64,000 nt of DNA from an uncultured Bacilli bacterium (GTDB taxonomy: Bacteria; Bacillota_I; Bacilli_A; RFN20; CAG-826). A model generated the notes under the pieces. That model was not told where the DNA came from and ran no database searches. It saw only the letters and a program-made list of their open reading frames with translations. This document shows positions 47,351 through 56,890 of this stretch, one piece after another. The stretch is taken from assembly GCA_905236715.1 (NCBI GenBank), contig CAJOMQ010000004.1:5939-69938 (forward strand), read 5' to 3'. A program made the translations under genes and the position numbers. Every line of letters starts with the position of its first letter. Within the stretch, counting starts at the first letter, position 1.

Positions 47351-48590
47351 AGGCGACCTCCTCTTTGCCAGTTACATATTCATAAATAAGAGCTGTTTTA
47401 TATTCTTCTAATTTGTGTATCTTTTCCTTTTTAACAAGTATTAACTTATCCACCAAGTCACATTTGTTATTTATATACTCAACAATATTTTTTTGTTCAT
47501 CCATTGGTGGAACAACTATAGGAAGAGATGATAATTTATTCCATCTTAAATCACAGGTTCTAACTCGAATACCTGTAGATAAAGCAACAAAAATGTCGCG
47601 ATATGCCAAGGAACGCAAATAATACATCAGATATCGCTTATCATATATTGTATCTAAAACAATTAGAACGGGGCTTCCCTTTCCTCTCGAGTCTGAAATT
47701 CCGATTGCGCCAGCAAAGCCATCCATTCCGTGAACAACCAAATCACCAGGCTCTATTCCTTGGTAACCAATTTCTTTTTCTGAAAATGTAAATCCTTCTT
47801 CTCTTCGGTTAGACCTTAAAGTAACTTGTCCATCACGGAAACAAGTAACTACTTTATCATTTGCCTCAACATTTCTGTCCAAAAGTTTGAAAACGTATTT
47901 TCCATTCATTAAAACCCAATGAGCAGGAATTTCTCCTATCCACTCAATATTAGAATTCTTTTTTATGCAGTTTTTATCAAGACCATTAATAACAACGTCA
48001 TTGATGATAGCTTTCTTATAGCTAAAGAGTTTTGACAGTTGGTTGTTTTCAGATTCAATAATTGCCTCTATTTGTTTGATTTTTTTATCAAGATATATTC
48101 CGATAGCTATTTGCTCGCTTAAAAGCGGAACAGGGGTTCTAATAGACATAAACATGTCGCTTCCTATTGTGAATCTAATATTTTTGGAATACATTTTGTA
48201 ATATCTATTCGAAAAAACATACTGAAACCAAAAATCAATGAATCTCTTATTGACAAATTTATTGTTTGGCTCAACCACATCATACGCAGAAGTAATCATG
48301 CCACTTGTTTTTGATAAACCAGAAAACACCGCAGAAACATCTAGATCAAAAAGACAAAACACCATATCACCTGGTTTGACGGTTTGATAATTTTCATAAT
48401 TATCTGGTACTTTCCCACCGCTTGCATTGAAATCTTTTTCTTTTACTCCATTAGTAGTTAATGACAAAAGTTGATATTTTTGCCAGTTACTACCAACTTT
48501 TGAAGAACAGTACGAAAACAAATACTTATTAGGTACTTCTCTCCATGTGTCTGGAATTTCTGTGCAAAAAGGGATGTTTGTCTTTTTCAC
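47340..48590 (-). CDS. hsdS: Type I R-M specificity subunit (first copy)
   Basis: 416 aa. Conserved blocks PVPLLSEQIAIGIYLDKKIKQIE, IVVPPMDEQKNIVEYINNKCDLVD and LEEYKTALIYEYVTGKEEV. GTG start 3 nt after the hsdM stop, with a GGAG RBS. Confidence 0.85.
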   Translation of the reverse strand: MKKTNIPFCTEIPDTWREVPNKYLFSYCSSKVGSNWQKYQLLSLTTNGVKEKDFNASGGKVPDNYENYQTVKPGDMVFCLFDLDVSAVFSGLSKTSGMITSAYDVVEPNNKFVNKRFIDFWFQYVFSNRYYKMYSKNIRFTIGSDMFMSIRTPVPLLSEQIAIGIYLDKKIKQIEAIIESENNQLSKLFSYKKAIINDVVINGLDKNCIKKNSNIEWIGEIPAHWVLMNGKYVFKLLDRNVEANDKVVTCFRDGQVTLRSNRREEGFTFSEKEIGYQGIEPGDLVVHGMDGFAGAIGISDSRGKGSPVLIVLDTIYDKRYLMYYLRSLAYRDIFVALSTGIRVRTCDLRWNKLSSLPIVVPPMDEQKNIVEYINNKCDLVDKLILVKKEKIHKLEEYKTALIYEYVTGKEEVAYEI

Positions 48591-48593
48591 GAG

Positions 48594-50441
48594 CTATTCT
48601 CCTAGGATCTTTTTCATTAGTTCTTGTTCTTCTTCAGAAAGCTTTTTGAATTCTTCAAAAATTTCTTCGCTCTTTCTTGGTTCTACAAATTTATAGAAAA
48701 TGCGAGTGAAAGGAATTTCATAACCAATCTTGTTATGTTTTTCATCATAAACTGTCCCATCAGCATATGTGACGTTGCCATCTTTATCATGGTAATAGAA
48801 AGCGTGTTGATTAAATGGCAAAACGTTCTTTTGGATATATTCTTCAACATCATCAGTTAAAGGAATAATCTCACTGTCGGTTTTTCCTTTTTCGGGAACT
48901 TTGTTTCCTTTTTTCGTGATTTCCTTACCATTTGCATCTAATTCAGCAGTCTCAACTGTTAATTTGAGATAGCCAAAATAATTGTTGTCAAAGACTTTGG
49001 ATTCAACAGAAACAGAGATTCCATCTTCATTAACGTCAGTGTATTCTTTATCGGCCTCAAATTCGTTATATGCTTTCATGATTAATTCAACGCATTTATC
49101 AGAAAGATCAACTCTTTTTGAGCCAATATTTTTTCTTCTCTTTTTAAAGCATTTGGAAGCATCAATTAATTGAACCTTACCCAATCTATTCTCGGGTTTG
49201 TTCTTAGTAACAACCCAAATGTATGTGGCAATGCCTGTGTTGTAGAATAAATCATTAGGTAATTGAATGATTGCTTCAAGATAATCACTTTCGATGATAT
49301 ATCTTCTAATGTTGGATGGACCACTACCGGCATCACCATTAAATAGGGATGATCCGTTTTGAATAATAGCCATTCTTCCGGTATCTTTTAATTTCTTTAC
49401 ACCATTAAGCATAAAGAGCATTTGTCCATCACCAATAGCGGGTAATCCGGGTCCAAATCTACCTTCATAGCCAGATTTAGCTTCCTTTTCAACTGCTTCT
49501 TTTTCCTTCTTCCAGTCGATACCAAAAGGAGGATTAGAAATAATGTAGTCAAACGTATAGCCCTCAAATTGGTCATTGCTTAATGTATCACCAAATTTCA
49601 TATTTTCAGCATCTTTGCCTTTAATGAGCATATCAGCTTTGGCTATAGCAAATGTCTCTGGGTTAAATTCTTGTCCAAAACATTTAAGCTCAATGTTTTT
49701 GTTACTAACATTTAGATCGATGAGTTTTTCATCCAAGCAAGCAAGCATTTGAGATGTACCCATCGTCATGTCATAGGCTGTTTTATTGCAGCCATTATTG
49801 ATAATATTTTCTTTATCAGGAGCGACTAAAAGTTCGGTCATTAAATAGATAATATCTCTTGCAGTAAAGTGAGCCCCTGCTTGTTCATCATATGATTCAG
49901 AGAATTTTCTAACCAATTCTTCAAAAATATAACCCATATCAACCGAAGTAACCTTTTCAGGCGACATATCAGCTTTTTTAGAATTGAATTCTTGAATGAT
50001 GGTAAACAACAAATCGTTTTGAGACATTTTGGAAATCTCTTTATCGAATTCAAAATAGGCAATAATGTCCTTAACGTTATCGGAGAAACCTTGTAAATAA
50101 TCGGTAAAGTTTGCTGAAATATCATCAGGTTGGTCTAAAAGTTTTTCAAAATCAAATTTACTAACATTATAGAAATCTCTGCCAGCGGTTTTCTTTAAAA
50201 CACCATCGCGAGCCATGCCGGTAAGTCCCTTTTCATCGAGTTCTTTGACCTTTGCCAAAACGGCGGCCTTTGTGTTTTTAAGACTATCGTCAAATCTCTT
50301 AATTACCGTCATTGGCAAAATCACACGACCATATTCATGTGGCTTATATTCGCCATAAAGATGTGTAGCAATTTCCCAAATAAGATTTGCTTTTTCTTGA
50401 ACGTTCACGTTCGTTTGCTTTTGAATTTTGTTGGTTTCCAT
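48594..50441 (-). CDS. hsdM: Type I R-M N6-adenine DNA methyltransferase subunit M
   Basis: The HsdM N-terminal block is ANLIWEIATHLYGEYKPHEYGRVILPMTVIKRFD. The catalytic motif IV is IISNPPFGIDW. The ATG at 50441 has a GGAGAG RBS (the track TTG is at 50456). Confidence 0.9.
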   Translation of the reverse strand: METNKIQKQTNVNVQEKANLIWEIATHLYGEYKPHEYGRVILPMTVIKRFDDSLKNTKAAVLAKVKELDEKGLTGMARDGVLKKTAGRDFYNVSKFDFEKLLDQPDDISANFTDYLQGFSDNVKDIIAYFEFDKEISKMSQNDLLFTIIQEFNSKKADMSPEKVTSVDMGYIFEELVRKFSESYDEQAGAHFTARDIIYLMTELLVAPDKENIINNGCNKTAYDMTMGTSQMLACLDEKLIDLNVSNKNIELKCFGQEFNPETFAIAKADMLIKGKDAENMKFGDTLSNDQFEGYTFDYIISNPPFGIDWKKEKEAVEKEAKSGYEGRFGPGLPAIGDGQMLFMLNGVKKLKDTGRMAIIQNGSSLFNGDAGSGPSNIRRYIIESDYLEAIIQLPNDLFYNTGIATYIWVVTKNKPENRLGKVQLIDASKCFKKRRKNIGSKRVDLSDKCVELIMKAYNEFEADKEYTDVNEDGISVSVESKVFDNNYFGYLKLTVETAELDANGKEITKKGNKVPEKGKTDSEIIPLTDDVEEYIQKNVLPFNQHAFYYHDKDGNVTYADGTVYDEKHNKIGYEIPFTRIFYKFVEPRKSEEIFEEFKKLSEEEQELMKKILGE

Positions 50442-50458
50442 ATTAATTCTCTCCAATT

Positions 50459-52123
50459 CTATTTAATATTTCTGTTAACATAGTTAACCATTTCTTTTTC
50501 CATAATATCAAGTTCTCTTTTAGCGGACTCGTACTTGCTATTCATTATTTTGTAATGATTGGCAATTTCACGTTGTTTGTCTAATGGTGGAAGATCAAGT
50601 TTTATCTTAAGCAAGTTTTCAAACGATATTGTCACAATCGTTGAGCCTTTTTGAATATAAGATAGTGTCTTTCTTCCTTTGTTAGAACTTAGATATATTT
50701 TTAAGAATGTTCCATCAAGCTTATCTTTGTGAGGTCTGATAATAATCATTCCTCCAGTGACCACTATTTTCTTTTGTGGTTCGCTGTCGATAACTGCAAC
50801 TTTCACTCTTGTTGATTTAGACGTTATTACCACATCATCTTTTTGAAGAGTGAACTTGTCGTATTTTTTGTCGCCTCCGATATAAGCCAATTTAGCAAAA
50901 TTAATGAAGCCATTTTCGCCTATATCACTAGAAGTAAGGATTTGATATTCGCTCTCGCCTTCGTATAGTTCATCTTTGAAATTAGCAAGCGTCATATTAC
51001 TTCCTCTGATTACATCGGCAACCATATCAAGTTCAGGGAGACCTTTGTTGTCTTTTTCGTTATTGATAGATGACAAAGCCAGGTTGTAATGAATGCTTTC
51101 GACATTATTAATTGAATACTTGCGAACATCTTTGACATTATAGGCAATATATAAATCATTTGATGCTTCATCGGAGTTTAATCCTTTTCCTGGTAGATCG
51201 TTCAAAACTGATTCTCCGTCAACATATTTGAATGACTCATTGTTTTCCGAAAGAATAACAATCGAGAATTTTGTTGGGCTTTGAATAAAAGCGTTAGCAG
51301 GAAGAGAAATAATTCCTTCAATTAATTTATTTTCTAATAAGTATTTTCTAATAGATGTATCTGACGCTTTAAAAAGAACAGATTCAGGTAATAACGCCAG
51401 TATCTTACCTTTTTCTTTCATTCCTTCCATAGCTTTCAAAACAAAAAGCCATTCAGAAGAAGTTCTACTGTTAATTAAATCCTTATATTTATTTAAATTG
51501 GCATTTTGACCTTTGATTTTTAAACCAATAGGAGGAAATACATATCCTTTATCAAAAGAATTAAATTTAGAATCTGCATTAGCAGCTAAAATATCTTGGT
51601 TAAGAATCGTGTATTTTGAACCGCACATTTCTAAAACCATTCTAGAAAGATACACATCCTCAGTATTAATTTCGGTTCCTCTTAATTCATGTCTAATCAA
51701 TGAATCATCTAATGCGCAAGCGATGTATGCCAAAAACGCACCAGTGCCTGATCCAAAGTCGAAAACAATATCGGTATTATTAATTTCAAGTAGTTCCGCA
51801 ACAAGTTCCGAGAGATAAAAATTAGAGTTTTTGAAATGGCCATCGCCAAAGAAATGTTGGGTAGCGAAATCGAGAGCGTTAACTTTGAACGACTCAGCAT
51901 TATATTTTTTTGTTTTGTCTTTAATTTGTTTTGTAACAATGTCTCCGAGCCCATTATTACTAATTTTGTTTAGTGCGTATTTGTATAAGTCTTTATTCGG
52001 TTTACCAATAGTATCGCAATAAGAAATATATAGCGAACTAATTGCAACAGCTTTATCGCTCATTGTTAACGCGTATGCACCGATTTCTTCAAATAGCTTA
52101 GGTTTAATCTTCAATCCACTCAT
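50459..52123 (-). CDS. HsdM-like methyltransferase fold fused to a single HsdS-type TRD, with a degenerate catalytic motif IV
   Basis: 554 aa. The SAM motif is VFDFGSGTGAF. The position aligned with NPPFG reads GYVFPPIGLK. The post-motif region ILALLPESVLFKASDTSIRKYLLENKLIEGIISLPANAF is HsdM-like. The C-terminal half ends LDLPPLDKQREIANHYKIMNSKYE, the conserved HsdS helix. Confidence 0.7.
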   Translation of the reverse strand: MSGLKIKPKLFEEIGAYALTMSDKAVAISSLYISYCDTIGKPNKDLYKYALNKISNNGLGDIVTKQIKDKTKKYNAESFKVNALDFATQHFFGDGHFKNSNFYLSELVAELLEINNTDIVFDFGSGTGAFLAYIACALDDSLIRHELRGTEINTEDVYLSRMVLEMCGSKYTILNQDILAANADSKFNSFDKGYVFPPIGLKIKGQNANLNKYKDLINSRTSSEWLFVLKAMEGMKEKGKILALLPESVLFKASDTSIRKYLLENKLIEGIISLPANAFIQSPTKFSIVILSENNESFKYVDGESVLNDLPGKGLNSDEASNDLYIAYNVKDVRKYSINNVESIHYNLALSSINNEKDNKGLPELDMVADVIRGSNMTLANFKDELYEGESEYQILTSSDIGENGFINFAKLAYIGGDKKYDKFTLQKDDVVITSKSTRVKVAVIDSEPQKKIVVTGGMIIIRPHKDKLDGTFLKIYLSSNKGRKTLSYIQKGSTIVTISFENLLKIKLDLPPLDKQREIANHYKIMNSKYESAKRELDIMEKEMVNYVNRNIK

Positions 52124-52135
52124 TTTCCAATTTTG

Positions 52136-52238
52136 TCAAGTTTTATAAAACCTGCCCATTTCTCTCTTTCCACAATAAAATCATAAAACAACGAAATATT
52201 CGCCGTCAATAAAATATTTTCAAGTTTTATAAAACCTG
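52136..52238. promoter_or_regulatory. Two identical 19-bp direct repeats, each containing the 12-bp palindrome GTTTTATAAAAC, upstream of the R-M operon
   Basis: TCAAGTTTTATAAAACCTG occurs at 52136-52154 and again at 52220-52238, with an 84 bp centre-to-centre spacing. The proximal copy ends 13 nt from the ATG at 52123. Confidence 0.6.
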
Positions 52239-52313
52239 ATGTTTTGAAAATATTGATTTTTGGTATTCAAATAAAATTTGTTTTAAAAAAATAATGTTCA
52301 AAAAAAATTAAAA

Positions 52314-53975
52314 TTAATCTAAATAATATGACAAATAATCTTCTAATTCAGAAACAAATGTATCTTCACTACCGTCTAAACGAAGCTTTAATAATCGATA
52401 TTCAAGTTTGTTAACCGGTTGATAATCTACACCACTATTGTCTTCTGGCATTAATAGCCAAAGAGAATCAACAATCTTTGGCAGAAAGAAAGGATTATCA
52501 TCTGTGGAATATCTAAGTGATAAATATTCTCTTATTGTTTTTTGATAGTCGCCTTCAGTAATAGATTTATGCACGTATTCAGCTTTTCTACATTTTGCAT
52601 CAAATATCAAAAAACAAATCGGAACTTCTTTATACTTAAGGATTAAATAAAAGTCTGGAGAAATATGTCTAACTCCGCTGCTTATTGTATATACTTCATT
52701 TTTATTGACTATAGATACATCTTTTGCATCTATTTCATACATGATTTCAATTTCGTAATCATCTCTAACAAAATGTTTAATAATGTGGTCATAATCAATT
52801 TCATCAGTAATGCCATCGAATCCTAATTCTGTTACAGCCGCATCTAAAGACAATAAACAATATGCTTCAAATAATTTAGATGTCTGCTTAATAGGTGCTG
52901 TAAGTATTGAGTTGTAATTATTAGCAAAGTTAAAAGCAAATCCTTGATATAAAGGCAAATATAGTTTTCTTTCGATATTTAAATAATGAGAATGATAGAC
53001 AATTGATGAGTCTCTCTTAGAAAGTGGTTCTAGGGTTTTAAAAACATCGAGAACAAGTATTTTATTGATAAAGGCACCAATTATTCTGGAATCGTCTAAA
53101 AATCTATTTAAAATATTAATTCTTCTATTAAATGCATCAATCTGGTAAGCGGTGTGCTTTTTTCTCTTAGAAGGGTCTGGATTGGCATTAGACAAAATAT
53201 TATTCAATCGTGCGTTTGTTTTATTCAATTCAACATTTGCCTTTTTAATCAAATTATCCATTTGAATTGAACTAAAACGGAGCATGAACAGCAAGTAGCG
53301 ATTTAGTTCAAAGTCAGCGTATTGAACAACCTGAGAAGAAAAATAAGTGTCTTCGTTATGCGACCTCGCATTTTTGATAATTGATCTAGCAGATTGCTTC
53401 TTTAAAGTGGTGGTTTTATTAACAACACGTTTTTCTCTAAGGATAGGATTTTCACATATGTTTCTAAGTGAATTAAGAATATGGTTTTTGTTAGAAGAAA
53501 TAAGATTAAATAGCGTATATAGCGATCTATATGCAGAATTATAAATTCTTCTACCAGATAGATATTTCGAATCTTGGTCATATAAAAGATTTTCATCATA
53601 CTGTCCGATAGCGGTCACCATTTCTTTATACTGCGATTCGCTAGTTGAGGAAGTGTGTTCAATTTTGTATAAGAAAAGATTAGACTTGCTAGTTTGCTTA
53701 TTTTGGATTCTGATTCGATATTCCATTGGCGGATATGGATGGTCATTATCATTAATAACGGCAATATCTCCATATGAAAGTTTAATTTCTCCACCTTCTT
53801 CTAAATTTTCGATAAAAACATCGTAATTACCACTATCGTTTTTTATTTCAGCGGTATCATATTCTTTTATTGAAAAGAGAATATTTTTATTAGGTTTTTC
53901 AGGAATAGGAATCAAGAAATCTTTTTTGGACTCAAATCTATAACTACTTAAGATGATATTATCTTGTGAATCCAT
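52314..53975 (-). CDS. McrC-like / DUF2357-type PD-(D/E)xK nuclease subunit
   Basis: 553 aa. The C-terminal core ISPDFYLILKYKEVPICFLIFDAKCRK (PD ... D-A-K) is McrC-like. Its start overlaps the McrB-like stop by 17 nt. Confidence 0.65.
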   Translation of the reverse strand: MDSQDNIILSSYRFESKKDFLIPIPEKPNKNILFSIKEYDTAEIKNDSGNYDVFIENLEEGGEIKLSYGDIAVINDNDHPYPPMEYRIRIQNKQTSKSNLFLYKIEHTSSTSESQYKEMVTAIGQYDENLLYDQDSKYLSGRRIYNSAYRSLYTLFNLISSNKNHILNSLRNICENPILREKRVVNKTTTLKKQSARSIIKNARSHNEDTYFSSQVVQYADFELNRYLLFMLRFSSIQMDNLIKKANVELNKTNARLNNILSNANPDPSKRKKHTAYQIDAFNRRINILNRFLDDSRIIGAFINKILVLDVFKTLEPLSKRDSSIVYHSHYLNIERKLYLPLYQGFAFNFANNYNSILTAPIKQTSKLFEAYCLLSLDAAVTELGFDGITDEIDYDHIIKHFVRDDYEIEIMYEIDAKDVSIVNKNEVYTISSGVRHISPDFYLILKYKEVPICFLIFDAKCRKAEYVHKSITEGDYQKTIREYLSLRYSTDDNPFFLPKIVDSLWLLMPEDNSGVDYQPVNKLEYRLLKLRLDGSEDTFVSELEDYLSYYLD

Positions 53976-56193
53976 ACTTATTAATCTCTAGTATCTTTTG
54001 TTGGACAATTTTCTTAGTGTTAACAAACTCACTAACATCAGAATGGTCATTTAACACTTTGAGAATTCCTTTAGTGTCATCATCAGAAAGAATGTCATCC
54101 AATTCTTCTTTAGAACCGCTAAGTTTCTTAACAACAATTTGTGAAATCACAAAATCTAACGCCTCATTTCTAGATAATATTCCTTTTGAATTTTTAAGAT
54201 ATAAAGCCATCTTATTTAAACTTCTAAATGAAATACTTTTATTATAAATAGAGTCCGTTAATAAACTATTTAGATCGTTGATAAGTGCAAATTCTTTTTC
54301 GCTAAATTCTGTCGCGGAATTGCCAACCTTATTAACAGCTGTTGCAAATCTACTAAATGATATTTCAGGATAATTTTCCGATTGAGCTGTACCCATATCT
54401 TTTAAACTAGTAAATGATGGGGTTGCTAAATTAATAACAATGGCTCTGTCCAATAAACGGTCAGATATTTGCTTTGTTGTTTCATCAATGTTGACAGTAC
54501 CAACAAAAAGCACATTTTCGCCAATGTTTATTGAACTTGGATATCTTTCAGCGTTCTTAACATTTAGATTGTCAGCATAAAGATTTAACACTCGAGAATC
54601 TGGATCTTGTTCAAGAAGAGAAATAAAGGGGGCAAACCAGTGTTCTATTTGCGATAAATTCATTTCATCGAAAACAACCAGATGAATTTTATCTTTATGC
54701 TCGGCTGCATCTATTAAGAAACTAACAAGCCCAGTTTGAGATTCCATGTATTCAGCATTGAATGTGTTGCCTTCTTCGGAAATTGGTCTCACATATCCAA
54801 GAACATCTTCTGGTTCTAAATATGATGGACTAATAGGCACAAATAATAATGTGTTTCTAGCCACATCTAATCCAAGTGTATTTGCGTAAACCATAGGCAA
54901 TCTTGTTTTGCCAATACCACTAGGACCAGCTAATATCACTAGATTGGATGATTTAACAGCCACATGGAAATTTCTCAAATCACTTTCTTTGTAATATAGG
55001 TTTCTTGATTTAGCGTTTTCGCTAACGTTATTAATAAATTCATCTTCATTAAAAATGGTATTAGTTTTAGTTGACGCTTGGATAAACATGATGTTTTTAA
55101 CGTAAAGATCATCCGGTTCGCTCTCCCATATACTTGGAACAAATATGAATTTGTCAGAAGCTTCAGAGCCAACTTTAATATCCAATTTTCTAAATGGTTC
55201 TTTTGTTGATTGCTCATTATATTTCCAAAAAATGTTTCTACCATCAGTTGTTTCGCTTCTTGGAATATAATTGATTTCATAAATTGTGTCTTTAACGCGT
55301 ATATACTTCAAGTTTGAAGAGAGGCTATATGGGTAATTGTCTAGTATAAGGTCATTGTGTTTCGTAACGGTATTTTCAAATTCTTTTTTAGAAACGTTAT
55401 ATGATGGAACAAACGTAGAATTGTTGAAGTCTTCATAGGCAACGGGTTTATCAAGCAAATAAGCATTCAACTTATATTTGTCACCATCCTTTTGAACAAA
55501 CTTAGGCGTAAAGAATATGATTTTTTTGCAAAAGGCCTCAAACAAGCAATTAAATTTTTGATCGTTAGTGAAATAAGGAAACTCTTCACAATCATCTTCC
55601 GATAAAGCAATAGAAAGAACTTCTTGATTTAAGAAAAGCATAAATGAAGAATAGTCGCTTCTATAATCGACTTTATTCACGAATTCTTCTCTATTAATAT
55701 TTGAATTTTCACTTAAAATTGGGACAATTGGAGTAACAACAACAAAGCCTTTATCTGGGTGTATGCCTTCAGCTTTAACAACACCCATCAAAACTCTATC
55801 TTCTAAATCCGCTAGGGCCGTTTCAAAATCTATTTCGATTTTATCAACAACTGGCGAATCATTTTTTTCTGGTTCAATTTTTTCTAAAACCGGTTCTTTA
55901 ACTACTGGTTTTTCATCATTTCGAGTCTTTTCAACTTCCACAATCTTAATAGCTGGTTCTTTGTTTTTTAATTCAGTAACCTTTTCTTCTAGTGTAGAAA
56001 TCTTTTTATCTTTTTCTTTGATGACTTTAGCATTTTCAGCTTTCAGTTCTTTGATTTCTTTTTTATGCGTTGTTTCTGCTTCTTTGGCTTCTTGCTTGAG
56101 ACGTCTAATTTCTTCTTCTTTGTCTTTTAATGTTTTTTGCATTGCATCGGCAATGATCGTTTTCTTTTTCTTGAACTTGCTCTTCAGACACAC
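53959..56193 (-). CDS. McrB-like AAA+ (AAA_5) NTPase subunit with a K/E-rich coiled-coil N-terminus
   Basis: Walker A LVILAGPSGIGKTR. Walker B and the McrB-type block are HLVVFDEMNLSQIEHWFAPFISLLE. The N-terminal ~110 aa are lysine/glutamate-rich. The track start is a GTG directly after a stop, the first ATG is at 56142, and the true start is uncertain. Confidence 0.7.
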   Translation of the reverse strand: MCLKSKFKKKKTIIADAMQKTLKDKEEEIRRLKQEAKEAETTHKKEIKELKAENAKVIKEKDKKISTLEEKVTELKNKEPAIKIVEVEKTRNDEKPVVKEPVLEKIEPEKNDSPVVDKIEIDFETALADLEDRVLMGVVKAEGIHPDKGFVVVTPIVPILSENSNINREEFVNKVDYRSDYSSFMLFLNQEVLSIALSEDDCEEFPYFTNDQKFNCLFEAFCKKIIFFTPKFVQKDGDKYKLNAYLLDKPVAYEDFNNSTFVPSYNVSKKEFENTVTKHNDLILDNYPYSLSSNLKYIRVKDTIYEINYIPRSETTDGRNIFWKYNEQSTKEPFRKLDIKVGSEASDKFIFVPSIWESEPDDLYVKNIMFIQASTKTNTIFNEDEFINNVSENAKSRNLYYKESDLRNFHVAVKSSNLVILAGPSGIGKTRLPMVYANTLGLDVARNTLLFVPISPSYLEPEDVLGYVRPISEEGNTFNAEYMESQTGLVSFLIDAAEHKDKIHLVVFDEMNLSQIEHWFAPFISLLEQDPDSRVLNLYADNLNVKNAERYPSSINIGENVLFVGTVNIDETTKQISDRLLDRAIVINLATPSFTSLKDMGTAQSENYPEISFSRFATAVNKVGNSATEFSEKEFALINDLNSLLTDSIYNKSISFRSLNKMALYLKNSKGILSRNEALDFVISQIVVKKLSGSKEELDDILSDDDTKGILKVLNDHSDVSEFVNTKKIVQQKILEINKYGFTR

Positions 56194-56620
56194 CTAAATC
56201 AACTTCTAAGAAGTCAAAAAATTTAAATATTATTTTCTTTTCGTTTTCATCTACCCCAACCAGATACTCTGCGACTTTTTCTTCATCAAATTCTTTTTCA
56301 ACCGCAACAGCATCACTTAATTCTTTGTTTGCTTTAAATATTGTTTTAATGATTCTTGTTATAAAGTTGTTGTAATGGTTTTCATCAAGTTTTTCTAATA
56401 TTTGTCTTAGGAATTCTGATTTTAATTTTTTCTGTTTAAGGACCTCTTCTTCAAACACCTTTCCCATGCTTCTTGAGAGATTGCCCTTAATGTAATCTTT
56501 GTTTGATTGTAAGAACTTTTGAATATCTCCTTGGTAGTTCTTAAATACAAGTTCAACAAATTGCTTTTTTTGTTTTTCATCCATGCTTTGGACACTCTTA
56601 AATTGTGTAATTGTTTTCAT
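56105..56620 (-). CDS. Hypothetical protein upstream of and overlapping the McrB-like gene
   Basis: The ATG at 56620 has an AAGGAG RBS. 171 aa: MKTITQFKSVQSMDEKQKKQF... Its 3' end overlaps the McrB-like frame by 38-89 nt across A-rich runs. It may be a separate gene or a frameshifted N-terminal domain. Confidence 0.5.
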   Translation of the reverse strand: MKTITQFKSVQSMDEKQKKQFVELVFKNYQGDIQKFLQSNKDYIKGNLSRSMGKVFEEEVLKQKKLKSEFLRQILEKLDENHYNNFITRIIKTIFKANKELSDAVAVEKEFDEEKVAEYLVGVDENEKKIIFKFFDFLEVDLGVSEEQVQEKENDHCRCNAKNIKRQRRRN

Positions 56621-56890
56621 GTTTAAACTCCTTTTATTTTTGTGCAATTAAAAACGCTAAATTATCTCATAAAGAGGCTTCTCCTTTTTGAAATATTTTA
56701 GCGCAATCTAAACCTTATAAAAAGACTTATCGGATTACCGCTTTGCAAATTCTTTTGTAGTATTACATTCAAATAAGCAGTTTGCACCTTTTAGAACATC
56801 AACTACAAAAGATGGTATAGATTCGAGTGATTCAAAATCACCTGTAAACCCGTTATCTGACCTTAATCAAATACTTAGTCAACTCAATAT

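Noticed and set aside
46091-48590. The tandem hsdS genes as a phase-variable shufflon (as in Mycoplasma pulmonis or pneumococcal hsdS inversions)
   Set aside because: Both copies are full length and in the same orientation. I saw no inverted repeats between them and no intact adjacent recombinase; the only recombinase trace is a dead fragment 8 kb away.
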